Shown here piece after piece: positions 26,651 through 37,574 of a DNA stretch of 64,000 nucleotides. A model generated the notes under the pieces. That model had not been told where the DNA came from, did no database searches, and was given only the letters and a program-made list of their open reading frames with translations. A program made the position numbers and the translations under genes. Each line of letters begins with the position of its first letter. Position 1 is the stretch's first letter. The DNA comes from Rhynchobatus australiae (taxonomy: Eukaryota), in assembly GCA_034780895.1 (NCBI GenBank), contig JAUZTB010000076.1:93367374-93431373 (forward strand). The letters are read 5' to 3'.

Positions 26651-29600
26651 TAAGTGATAACTGGTGCCGTTTTGTTGATACAGCCAAAAATGATTTATTC
26701 ATAAAGCATCACCTTTTTAAACACACATCTTGGCTATATATAAATTACTGAGCTACTTAATAGTTTCATTGGTGTACCGTGATCAGTTTATTGGTAGTGT
26801 CAATTGTTTTAAATATATGCAATATTTAAAATGTACACAAGATATTAAAGCACTAATCTTAAGAGTTTGCCTAAAGACTCACTAACAGGTAAGTTAGGTG
26901 CAACTAAAGGAACCTCTCCATGGTGACCAATATGACCTGGGCTCCTGGCCAAATAAAAACTGAAAGATCACTGAAACTCAGTTTGTGCCAAAATGCTTGG
27001 AGTTCTTTGATCTTTACATTAGTTCCAATCATATTGGGTACACTGCATTGGAAAGACCAGTGGAACTTAACAGAAACTTGAGGGACTGAAGCTTTGAGCT
27101 TTGTTTTATATTTGCATAATGTCTTTGTTGCATGGACACAAGATCCTTGCAGGAAGCCTCTGAGATTTGATCCCATCACCTGCCTCATATTGGGCAATTA
27201 CAGGACTGTGCATCAACTTCCAGCTACCATATTTAATTGAAATGGTCTTGGTGCAGGATCTTGACCTGAAATGTCAACTATCCCTTTGCCACCACAGATG
27301 CTGCTTGTTCCTCCAGTAGTTTGTTTTTTTTTGCTTCATATTCCAGCATCTCCAATCTCTTGTGTATTAAATTGAAATCACTACTAAAATCATCAAGGAC
27401 TTTTGCTGGTGAAAATTGCTGGCAATTAAAATCCATGGCTTTGTTGCCCATGCTCCACCTCCCATTAGACAGTTTGCTTTAATATTAATGGTTGAAAATT
27501 AGATGGCAATGTCAGAAGACTGCGTCCTAATTTGCTAATATTATTGCAGCGAACAAATTAAATTTATAAAGCAGGCCAATGTTTCCTTTTCGGTCATCAA
27601 GATGAATTTTCTGTTGTTTCTAGGCTTAGTTTAAAAAGGCAGATATATGATAGGCTCTGGTTATTCAACAAGTATGGCTTGACCCAAATATCAAACAATC
27701 TCTCTATTGCATTTCCATTTCCCATGCAGGCATACTTGTGGTCTGTTTGATTGAGATTGACAAACCAGAGTAGACTTTTCCATCAATTAAATTAAGGTGT
27801 AAAGTGGATGCAACCAGCCACAAAAATGCAGCTGTTGTTAATTCTGGATCTCTATCCATTTAATGCACCACTTAATTATCTGTTCAGGTTTTCAAGTGAC
27901 AGTAAGTGGATTCATAGTTGCATAGTTTAAATCATACAATATGACATGATTTAGATGTACAATTTTCCAGAGTCTGTGCTGCAATTGCCTGAAGTCATAA
28001 ACATTTCTTATTGATTTTTGATCCCTTCTCAAAGACGTACTCAGTTGCTTCAGAGGCTTTGTGGCAAATGCTTTGGTGCATTCACCTGTTTGGAGTGTCA
28101 ACAATATTTGCACAATGCATTGTGCAATGAGATTCCTCCTTATGGGTTTTGAAAGAACTGAAGGATATGCACAAGGATACCCAGCAGGTCAAGCTGCACT
28201 AGAGGCATACAGTGGTTGCCTAGCAACAAACCCACATATACAACCACAAGCACATGGATTTGTCAGTGGAGCTCTGCTTGCAGATAATCCAAATCATTGG
28301 CAGCGAGTTCGGTATAGGGCCCGATAATGATAGTACTGCAAGGACACCTGTAGGTAATGTGCACTATAGCACTGATGCTGCCAATGGCTACATGATCAGT
28401 TCTCCAGGGAGAGTGTCCTGCAGCTGCAAATGGAGTTGATCTTTTTCTTATTCTCTCCCAAGGCACCAACTTCACATCATCAATCATCGGATATGGATTA
28501 GAGGACCATGCACATCAGACACACTTGATTTCCCACCTCCAGGTACAATCTGTCAGAAATTTCTTTTTGTCTAATCTTTTGGAAATATTGGGCCTTTGTA
28601 AAACCTACCTTAAGCATTTTTGTCCTGTTAGCTCTGATTGGGCTTGACAGCTGTTCCACATTTGAAAAATTAAACTAACACTGTCAATCCAAAGAAGTCA
28701 ATACATTAATTGTCAGGTAATTAGTTAATATAGCACCATCCAACTGACACCTAATCAAAGGCACCATTGGAAAAGTTATCCTCTTATGCCAAATGGTGAA
28801 TAATTTTGTGTCACGGCTCCACGCCTTGGAATATTTAACAGCATACTTGGTATGGAAGCATATTAAGGAATTGAACTTTTTTTTAATCCTTTTACCTTTT
28901 TGGTAGGAACAGATGCAGGTCTTTTGGAAGATAACCCTAAATGTCTTCAATCACTTGGCAAGAGGTGCTTCTTGATCATACTCTAAATCACCAAGCTCTA
29001 TTTACAAGATATTTGCCCTTGTTCTTCACTCCTCATAATTGTTTCCATGTATGTATCTTATCAAAATTGTTTAACATTTTAAACAACTTGATCAGATAAC
29101 CCTCAATCTCCAAACACAAAGGACTACGAACCAAGTGTATGTAATTTGTCTTCATTATTTATTCTGATGAATCTGCAGCTTCATTCCTTGCTGTCATACA
29201 TAAACTTAATCTATTGGCTGGGTTCTTAGAGTAAGTGGGAGCAGGGGTTCCAGGATTATCAAGGATTTACGATAGATGGCGAGTAGGACCTTGAAATTAA
29301 TGAATATTTAGTACTGGTGGTTTCCTCTGTGTTGTTTGGGAGACCTAGGGGTGTGAGAATCCCAAGGCATTCCTTCTTCTCCTGGTACACGTGGAGTTCC
29401 AACAGAATTTTTGAAGACAGGCAGAGAAAATTAGTTATTGCCTCCTCTCCTCCAGCCACCATTCAGATGAATTCTCCAGGTATGCCCAAACTCGCAAGGA
29501 TGCCCATCATTCATTCTTGAATTTATTGACTCCTCCAGATATTTCTGAATACAAACAAAGAATTTATGCTGGTTGAGCAGCTTCCTTGTACATAACAGTT

Positions 29601-30414
29601 GTAAAACTTTAACAAAAAGTTAGTAGGTTCAGATCTTAAATTTTTCTTATACTCAGATCTGTTTTATCACAGCATCTTCAAATTGAAGGTTGAACATTGG
29701 CAATAGTGTTGATTAGTTAAAATAAGTTCAGAGAAGACACGAGCTTCAAATTTCCATATCTCACAGAAATTATTGATGCAAGACATTAATCAGTCACTGA
29801 AAACTTTTCTTTTTATCAAGAAATAAATTTTAAAACATTTATGGAAGCTATTCAAAATCAGTACTGAATATATTTTATCAGATAATTTATAAAAAGCAGA
29901 GATGTATCATTCAGCTCATTAATGTGTGTGCATTTGGTTTTTCAGACATGTAATGAGTCTGCAGGAGAAAAAAATAGTGACTTTTAATAGAACAGTTGAA
30001 ACGTCAGACTTGTGATGTGCTGTACCAGCAACTCACTAAATGGTGACTTATTTTAAAACAGTGGGGCGAGAATTCCTCATTTACAGGAATATCTCAAACA
30101 GATTTGTAAATATTTCCTTTAGTTATTTTTAGTAAAATCAGAAAGATTCAGAGCTAAGTGTGGACCCATAATAATCAAATTGGCAATGAATAGTCCAAAT
30201 AGTTTTGTAACCAAATTATTTATTTGTCAGGTATATGTTTGTCCACTTTGGGAATATTCTTATCTGATTTCCAAATTAGTTATCTTCAGGGTGATCTCCT
30301 CGTTCAATCTGTGGGCCATCTAATGATGTGTATCCTGGCTTCAAGGTCTCAATGGTGTAACTGATTAAGTGAATATTTGTTCCCTTCAGAGCCTTATAAC
30401 TTTCAACTGATGAT

Positions 30415-31450
30415 GCTAGCTGCTTCATCAATGACCTTCCTTCAATCATAAGGTTAGAAGTAGGGATGTTCGCTGATGATTGCACAATGTTCAGCATCAT
30501 TCACAATCCTTAGTTAATTAAGCAGTCCACATGCAAATGCAGCAAGACCTGGACAATATGACAATGGCAGCAATTAACATTTGCAACACACAAGTGCCAG
30601 GCAATGACAATATCCACCAAGAGAAAATCCAGTTATCACCCCCTGGCATTCAATGGCATTACCATCACTGAATCCCCCACTATCAATATTCTGGAGGTTA
30701 CCATTGACCAGAAGCTGAACTGGAGTACCCATATACAGTGCAGTTACAAGGGTAAGTCAGAGGNNNNNNNNNNNNNNNNNNNNNNNNNNNNNNNNNNNNN
30801 NNNNNNNNNNNNNNNNNNNNNNNNNNNNNNNNNNNNNNNNNNNNNNNNNNNNNNNNNNNNNNNAAGTCAGAGGCTAGGAATTCTGCAGAGAAAAACTCAC
30901 CTCCTAACTCCCCAAAGTCTGTCCACCATCGACAAAGCTCAAATCAGGAGTGAGATGGAATACTTTAGACTTGGCTGGATGAGTACAGCTTCAACAACAC
31001 TCAAGAAGCTTCACACCACACAGGACATAACGGCCTACATGACAGGCACCCCATTCACAACCATTCACTCACTCCACCACTGATATATTCAGATATTCAC
31101 TGATAAATGGCAGTTTGTACCATTAATAGGATGCACTGCAGCAGCTCACCAAGACTCCTTCGACAGCACCTTCCAAACCCATGGCGTCTACCAGCTAGAA
31201 GGACAAGGGCAGCAAAAGCACGAGAACACCACCACCTGGAAGTTGCTCTCCAAACCACACCGCCCTGACTTGGAAATATATCGTCATTCCTTCACCATCG
31301 CTGGGTCAAAATCCTTGAACTCTCCCTCTAACAGCATTGTGAGTGTACTCACACCTCAAGGACTGCAGCAGTTCACCACCACTTTCTCATAGGCAACAAG
31401 CGATGGGCAATTAAATGCTGGCTCAGAAGCTCACATCCGTCGAATGTAAA
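30415..31450 (+). mobile_element. CR1/L2-group LINE, RT core to 3' end
   Basis: FINDLPSIIRLEVGMFADDCTMF (RT catalytic FADD) at about 30425-30495; ILEVTIDQKLNWSTHI; tail gatgggcaattaaatgctgg. Confidence 0.85.
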
Positions 31451-31972
31451 AACACTGCTTCAGTGTTGACTATACTGGGATTCAAACATTTCATGAGTTG
31501 CAGTGAATGTCCAGAATAGATCCAACAAGATCAAGAATTCAATATTACCTTCCTAATGCCCACTGTCTCAGCTCAGACAAAGAAAATGGCTGTAGCTGTG
31601 TCAATGGGAGCTATGAATGCAAGATACATTGGTTGTCTATCCACTATAGAACCCATCCAATTTTCACCTGATTTATTTCCACATGAAGCAGTTGATCTGC
31701 ACTGTTAGGTTATCATGCAGGTGGCAAAGATGAAAATTATTTGCTGTGAAGCTAAATATTTGTCAAAAATAGTCTAAAGGACATGTTTGAGATCGCTTTA
31801 AAGCTAGATGAACAAATTATAGCTGATGTGGAAAAGTACTAAGCAGTAATTCAAAAGGAACAAGAGAACAATNNNNNNNNNNNNNNNNNNNNNNNNNNNN
31901 NNNNNNNNNNNNNNNNNNNNNNNNNNNNNNNNNNNNNNNNNNNNNNNNNNNNNNNNNNNNNNNNNNNNNNNN

Positions 31973-32340
31973 AGGGTCCTGACCCGAAACGTTGACCGCC
32001 TGCTTTTCTCCACGGATGCTGCCCGGCCTGCTGAGTTCCTCCAGCATCACCGTGTTTTTCATCTAGATTCCAGCATCTGCAGTCCTTTGTTTCTCCTCTA
32101 GTTTGTGTTTGGCCTCACCCTGGCAGTGGAGGAGGCTGAGGACAGACAGGTCGGTGTGGGAATAGGGAGGGGAGATAAAGTAGCTTGCAACTGGAAGCTC
32201 AAGATGACCATTGAAAACAGAGCACAGATGCTCGGCAAAGTGGTCACCTAGTCCCTCTCTTGGTCTTGCCACTGTAGAGGAGGAGGCCACCTCGAAAGTA
32301 CCAAATGCAATGGACAAAGTTGGTGAAGAGCGTGAGGTAG
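31973..32340. mobile_element. Penelope-like element pieces: plus-strand terminal repeat (31973-32100) joined to a minus-strand GIY-YIG fragment (32100-32340)
   Basis: agggtcctgacccgaaacgttgacc...gatgctgcccggcctgctgagttcctccagca; minus peptide LGDHFAEHLCSV..GHLELPVASYF.SPPYSHTDLSVLSLLHCQGEAKHKLEE. Confidence 0.75.
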
Positions 32341-32459
32341 GTGGACAACTCCCACTTCTCTGGCTTCTTTCGTAACATGGCATACAGTTGGCCTGATTAT
32401 CATTCGTCAATGGGTAAGGGTTAGATTTGCCTGCCTGAAGATCCAGTCCAGGCTTAGAA

Positions 32460-32665
32460 GGTCCCAGATGGTGAGGGTCCTCAGTGATGGATGCCACTTT
32501 CTTGAGGCACCGCCTCTTGAAGATGTCCTCGATGGTGGGGAGGGTAGTGCCCATGATGGAGCTGGCTGAGTCTACAACCCTCTGCAGCCTCTTGCGATCC
32601 TGTGCGTTGGAGCCTCCGCAACCAGTCAGAATGCTCTCCACCGTACATCTGTAGAAATTTGTCGT
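32460..32665 (-). mobile_element. Rex1/Babar LINE fragment, about 80 bp upstream of the MMP17 acceptor
   Basis: ESILTGC..SNAQDRKRLQRVVDSASSIMGTTLPTIEDIFKRRCLKKVASITEDPHH. Confidence 0.85.
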
Positions 32666-32745
32666 TTGGGCACAAGGTGTTCAACGTGAAGAAATGAAGT
32701 GTATTGAAGGTCATTTATGCTTTCCATCTTTAACATGTCCCACAG

Positions 32746-33065
32746 GAGCGACCTATTTCTTCAAGGGGAAGGATTACTGGAAAGTGACACACAATAACAT
32801 GGAAGTGGACCCTGGTTACCCACAGTTAGTTGCTAAGGACTGGCTGGTGTGCAGCGAGATGCAGGCAGACTCCTCGATTTCCGATCGGGCTCAGTCCCGA
32901 CCTCGAACTGCCCCCGATCACCAGGACGAGACCGGGTCAGCCAGTGAGAAAAGAAACTGCTCCTGTACATCCGCAGCCGAGGCGTCCAGACTCGCGGCCG
33001 CGCTGAGACAGAAGGTATTGTTTGCCGTGGTCCTTACAGTCTCAGTCTGCCTTGGGTTGGATTAA
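32746..33065 (+). CDS. MMP17: Last coding exon of matrix metalloproteinase-17 (MT4-MMP): end of hemopexin domain, stem and GPI-anchor signal
   Basis: Acceptor tttccatctttaacatgtcccacAG|GA at 32745/32746 (phase 1). Translation (G)ATYFFKGKDYWKVTHNNMEVDPGYPQLVAKDWLVCSEMQAD...NCSCTSAA...VLFAVVLTVSVCLGLD* (TAA ends 33065) matches recalled human MMP17 GASYFFRGQEYWKV..GYPQSTARDWLVC..CSCTS plus hydrophobic tail. DWLVC and CSC favour MMP17 over MMP25. Confidence 0.9.
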
Positions 33066-33399
33066 CGGGCCACCCTCAGTGTTCTGCCAATAGCTTCACA
33101 CGCAGCAGTTATGGAGAGAATTAACCTTTACTGCCTGGCATGGGAGAGTCTCAAAGTTCTACGGAGCATCAGAATGAAGAATGCCACCAGCACTGGCTAA
33201 CCGTGGCACGGATTGGGAGGAAAGCCACATTTCTAACAAAACTATTCTGCAAAAGTGCGCTTTATCATCAGTGAAATTTCAGACACTTTATTTTTTTAAG
33301 GCAAAACAGGAGCAGAATCCAAGGACCATCCTTGGTGGGAATTGAGAGCCTCTGTTCCCAGCCACTTGTCCCTGGAATTAAACACATCCTGAGATTATT

Positions 33400-33416
33400 T
33401 ATATATATATATATAT
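33400..33416. repeat. (TA)n microsatellite in the putative MMP17 3' UTR
   Basis: tatatatatatatatat seen directly. Confidence 0.8.
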
Positions 33417-33859
33417 CACTCTTCTTCACTCACTAGCCAAAGCTTCACTTTCCCATTGGCTCCATGAGGTAGAGGGGTGTTCAGGCAGGGACGATGCTGA
33501 CAGCAGACCATAGGTATCCAGAGTGAGCTCAGAGGGAAGTTGGCACTGGGAGACCACTTCACGGGGAATGCGACCACTGTCCATGAGTGCTATGTACTCA
33601 TCTCCCATCGTGCTCACTGACCCAGACAGACTTCCATCCGAAAATGTTATCATTGATCAGAATAATATAATTGATTTATTTATTTATTCCTGACCCCTGC
33701 TGTTTATTGCTGATCTGGGTCAAAAATATATAACGGGGATGTGAGACACTGGATATAATTCCCCAACAGGCCACTTTAAATTAATTTTCAGCTTGAGTCC
33801 AGCATTTATTGCTCATCCTGGATGCCCTGAACGTTAAGCTACCTTAAACTGCTACAGTA

Positions 33860-34100
33860 AAGAGAGACTGTTGGAAACATCAGGTCAGGCAGCGTCCATG
33901 GAGAGAGAAACGGGGTTGATGTTTCCGGTCCGAGACCTTTCATTGGAACTGTTACAGTGTGAGAACAAGTTACAGAGAGGAGGGGAAGGATGGACAGGAC
34001 AAAGGGAATGCCTGTGATAGGGTGCGGTCAGGGCTACCTAGGTGAACCCAGTGTTACAGAGCATCTGGTTAATGGATTAGAGGGGGAATTTAGAGGGGAA
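33860..34100 (-). mobile_element. Penelope-associated terminal repeat
   Basis: caggtcaggcagcgtccatggagagagaaacggggttgatgtttccggtccgagacctttcattgg. Confidence 0.6.
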
Positions 34101-34489
34101 AGAGGGGATTTTTTCAGGATTTAATTTCAGATTTAGCTACTGTTGTTTTATTCCCTTGGACCACAGCAATCTGGGTGAAGCACCCTCCAGTTTTATGTGG
34201 GCAACAGCCCTTTCTTCACCCTGCACTGAATTTGAACACCCTGAGAAGGTCAGCGTGTTTGGATCCAACCCTCATGGGCCCTGAACTGAGCCCTTTCAAG
34301 GGCCAGTCAACCGGAGTGTTAGGTCTGCAGTCACCTCCAGGCCAGAGTGGGTCCGCACGGCACATTTCCTCCAATCTCAAAGTCTCACGTCACTTCTTAA
34401 TCCCAGACTTTGTTTTAAATTACTTTACTCCTCCAACTGACGTGTTGGAGTTCAACCTCATTTGTCCATGTCACTTGTCCAGACTGTGG

Positions 34490-34965
34490 ATATGACTCCA
34501 GTACACTGAATTCTCCAGCTTCAGGTAACTGCTCCCCCTCTGTCCCTTTTCTCTCTCCTCCTGATCTACCCAGTTCCTCCCACACCCACACCACCCGCAT
34601 CACCCTATTTCTTTACCCTCTCCACCCATCCCACCTGCCCATCGCCCACACACCCCTCCCACTGGGTACCCTCCCCCACTGTTCCCCTCTGCCCTCCCCA
34701 CCTCCCTTATTTGGTTCCGTGCTCCACCTTCATCTCTGATCGGATCCCACCACCTGCAGCCCTGTGTCACCTCCACCTCTCACCTCCCGGCCTCTGTCAC
34801 TGTTCCCACTCTCCCGTCTTATCTTTCACTCCAGATGAAGGGTCTCGACCCGAAACGTCGACTGTCCATTTCCCTCCACAGATGCTGCTCAACCTACTGA
34901 GTTCCTCCAGCATCTCTAGTTTGTTGCTCCAAATTCCAGCATCTGCAGTCTCCTGTGTCTCAGCT
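34490..34965 (+). mobile_element. Penelope-associated terminal repeat (well preserved)
   Basis: actgaattctccagcttcaggtaac, C/T-rich tract, then ccagatgaagggtctcgacccgaaacgtcgactgtccatttccctccacagatgctgc...tccagcatctgcagtctcctgtgtctc. Confidence 0.8.
34827..34864 (+). ncRNA. Minimal type-I hammerhead ribozyme-like motif (core variant CAGAUGA), probably impaired
   Basis: CACUC-CAGAUGA-A-GGGU(CUCG)ACCC-GAAAC-GUC|GACUG: stem I with one mismatch, stem II with tetraloop, palindromic ACGU helix III, GUC triplet ending at 34859. Confidence 0.55.
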
Positions 34966-35819
34966 TAACGAGCACGTTGACCACATTACCTTGCACTACC
35001 TAGACCAGACTTGGGTTAGAACCTCATTGGAGAGGTCACGTTTACCCAAGCAGCCTATTAGCTTCAGACTCTTGGTTCAAACCACCTTCATTTTCGAAAA
35101 GTACCAGTGGTCAGTTTTGATCTCTTCTAGATCCCCACTCCCATTCTTGAGCCTTGAATTTGATTTGTGACGTAGTTGTTGGTATAAAACTTAAGAGATC
35201 TTTTGCAGTGCAGTGATTATAAGATGGACGTTTACCTTTGTTTCAACCCCTCCTGCACCAAAAGGATTTTGCCTAAGTAAGGCTTCAATAAATTGGCCCT
35301 TCTCCAAGTCCTCCTGAACCTCCTGAGGGATTATATTTCTGTAGAAATGTGTGTACATTCTAAACTACTCCATAAAATCCACTTGTGAATTTTAACTGTA
35401 GGCATGGGTGGACTATCTGACTTTGAGGGGCATCACTCCTTACCCAGTGAGCTTGGGCGTAGGGATCCAACCGCTGTCTGGGATGATGTCAGTTGCCTCT
35501 GGTTCTGTGGTCCTGTGCCATCCTTGGACTGTATCTCCAGCGACTCACACTGATGGATTGCAGTGTGCAGATCGAATGAACAGCTCCGTTTCCCCAAAAA
35601 TCCATCCAGTATTTCTGATAGTCCCGATATCCATGACGGAAAGTCACCTCGATTCTTGCTGATGGATGAGCAATATCAGATCAGTCTCCCCTGCCTTTCC
35701 ACAGTTACTGGCTGAAGACCTTGCACTGAAATTATTCAATCAATTCTTCCAGCCCAGTGACTGGCTGTTGCCTGGTGGTTCCGGGGTGTGGGAGTGAGGG
35801 CAGAGGAATGGTAGCTGAC

Positions 35820-36260
35820 TGGACTAGTGAGCCAAGTGCTGCACCATTGATCTGAAGATGTGAGTTCAAATCCCACCATGGCATCTGGGGCATTCAGAGA
35901 CACAAGAGACTGCAGATGCTGGAACCTGGAGCAACACACAATCTGCTGAGGAACTCAGCGGGCCAGGCAGTGTCTGGATTGATGAGTCCATCCCTCCACA
36001 GATGCTGTCCGACCCGCTGAGTTCCTGCAGCATTTGCTTGTAGCTGGGGGACTTAATTAGTTTTAAAGCTCAACACGGAGACCTTGAAGTTAGCAGACTG
36101 TTGTAAAAACCCATCTATTCACCAGTGTCCTTCACAGGAGGAGACTCACCGTCCTCTCCCACTCTGGCCGACATGTGACTCCAGACCCACCAATCTGGTC
36201 GACGCTTAACTGCCTCCTCAGGGATGGGCAATAAATGCTGGCGATCTTGTGAATGAATCC
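35820..36260 (+). mobile_element. tRNA-derived SINE interrupted by a fold-back Penelope-terminus insertion (about 35895-36045)
   Basis: B-box-like gtgagttcaaatcccaccatggc; body gttgtaaaaacccatct...gtgactccagaccc; tail gggatgggcaataaatgctgg shared with the LINE at 30415-31450. Confidence 0.7.
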
Positions 36261-37574
36261 TGAAGAAAAATTGGGATTGGGATTAGATGGACATTAAGGG
36301 GGAGGATATGGAGTTTATTTTTTGTGCCCCTGTCTCTCCATATTTGGCGGGCTAGTTGTTTTTTTTAAGGCATCTTTCACGACACCCTTAAACCACGGCA
36401 GGTTCTTGATCTGCACAGATTGTGAGCCGAAAGGCCCCGCAGTTCTGTCGGCGCAGCGGTGGGGAGTGTCAGCACTGCAGAACGTGCCCACCTCAGCTGC
36501 GAGCTTCGGTCACATCTGTGGAGCTGGGAATCAGTCATTCGTCAGCCCACCGGACAGCAGACTGATTGTTGCTGCCTGAGGGATCATGCTGTGTGTAAAA
36601 GGCCATGACCACAGTTAAGTGATTCATTGTAAGGGAAGTGCTTGAGATGGTGTCTGAGAGGCAAAATTAAAGTCTTAGAGGATCCCAGTGTATTGTTTTT
36701 GAGTGTGTCTTCATTACCTGAACCACCCAAGCCCAGAAATTCTGTTTTAAAGACAAAATGCATGTGTGCTATGCCATGGAATTTTATCAGAACACGGAGT
36801 GGTTACTTTACAGAGCAATTCCTGAAGTGCCGAGTCCGCTATGTGTAGACTCTCACACAGAGCTGTGCGGTGCGTACGACGTTTGTGCTCTGCTTCCACA
36901 ACATTCAGCAGCGTTTGTGTGGCTCAGCACCACTTTCAGAACACGAACAGAAGTAGGAGTAGGCCATTTGGCCCTTCAGGCCTGCTGTGCCGACCTGTGA
37001 GATAACCGCTGACTTTTAACCACAGCACCAGTTTCCTGCTCATACCTCGATTCCCTGTGGGAGTAGGTGAGGCACAGCAGAGATTTGCTCCTTAAAATAA
37101 ATCAGCACCGGTCCGAAGAATCAGACACACAGAATGCTTCCATCTATCGGAGCACATGGCTTTCAACTAATTGTGAGTGAGTGGCAGACTAGGATTAATT
37201 AGATAGTTCTTTCAAAGGACCAGAACAGGGACAATGGGCTGAACGATCTCTGGTGCAATGTTGCTGTGAATTATTCATTTGTCTGTTCACAATAACCATT
37301 GCACTTGCCCTGTGAAACTACAGGAAAGTTTAATTGGTTTTAAAAGGAAGCCTTTAACTGAGGAGCTGCCTCAAGTGCAGCTGGCTGTGTAAGTTTCTCA
37401 AGGGAACAGCTTCAGGAACGGTGCAGGTTTAGCGGTGTCACGCCTCTGGCCAATTTTCCTCGGCCTGGAGACAGATCGCTCCATGGGCACAGCTGACATT
37501 CTGGCCCCTCACCCCAGGGTCACCCTCACACGGAGGGCTGGCCCTCGTTAATATTAAGCCAGCAGAGTCCCAGA

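Noticed and set aside
28140-28330. WVLKE...GYP resembling the MMP17 hemopexin motif YWVFKD..GYP
   Set aside because: It needs a frameshift, has no proper acceptor, and downstream residues do not match. More likely a decayed Myb-like transposon ORF or chance.
32063-32641. 192-aa minus ORF
   Set aside because: Chance fusion of a Rex1/Babar fragment and a Penelope GIY-YIG fragment; not a host gene.
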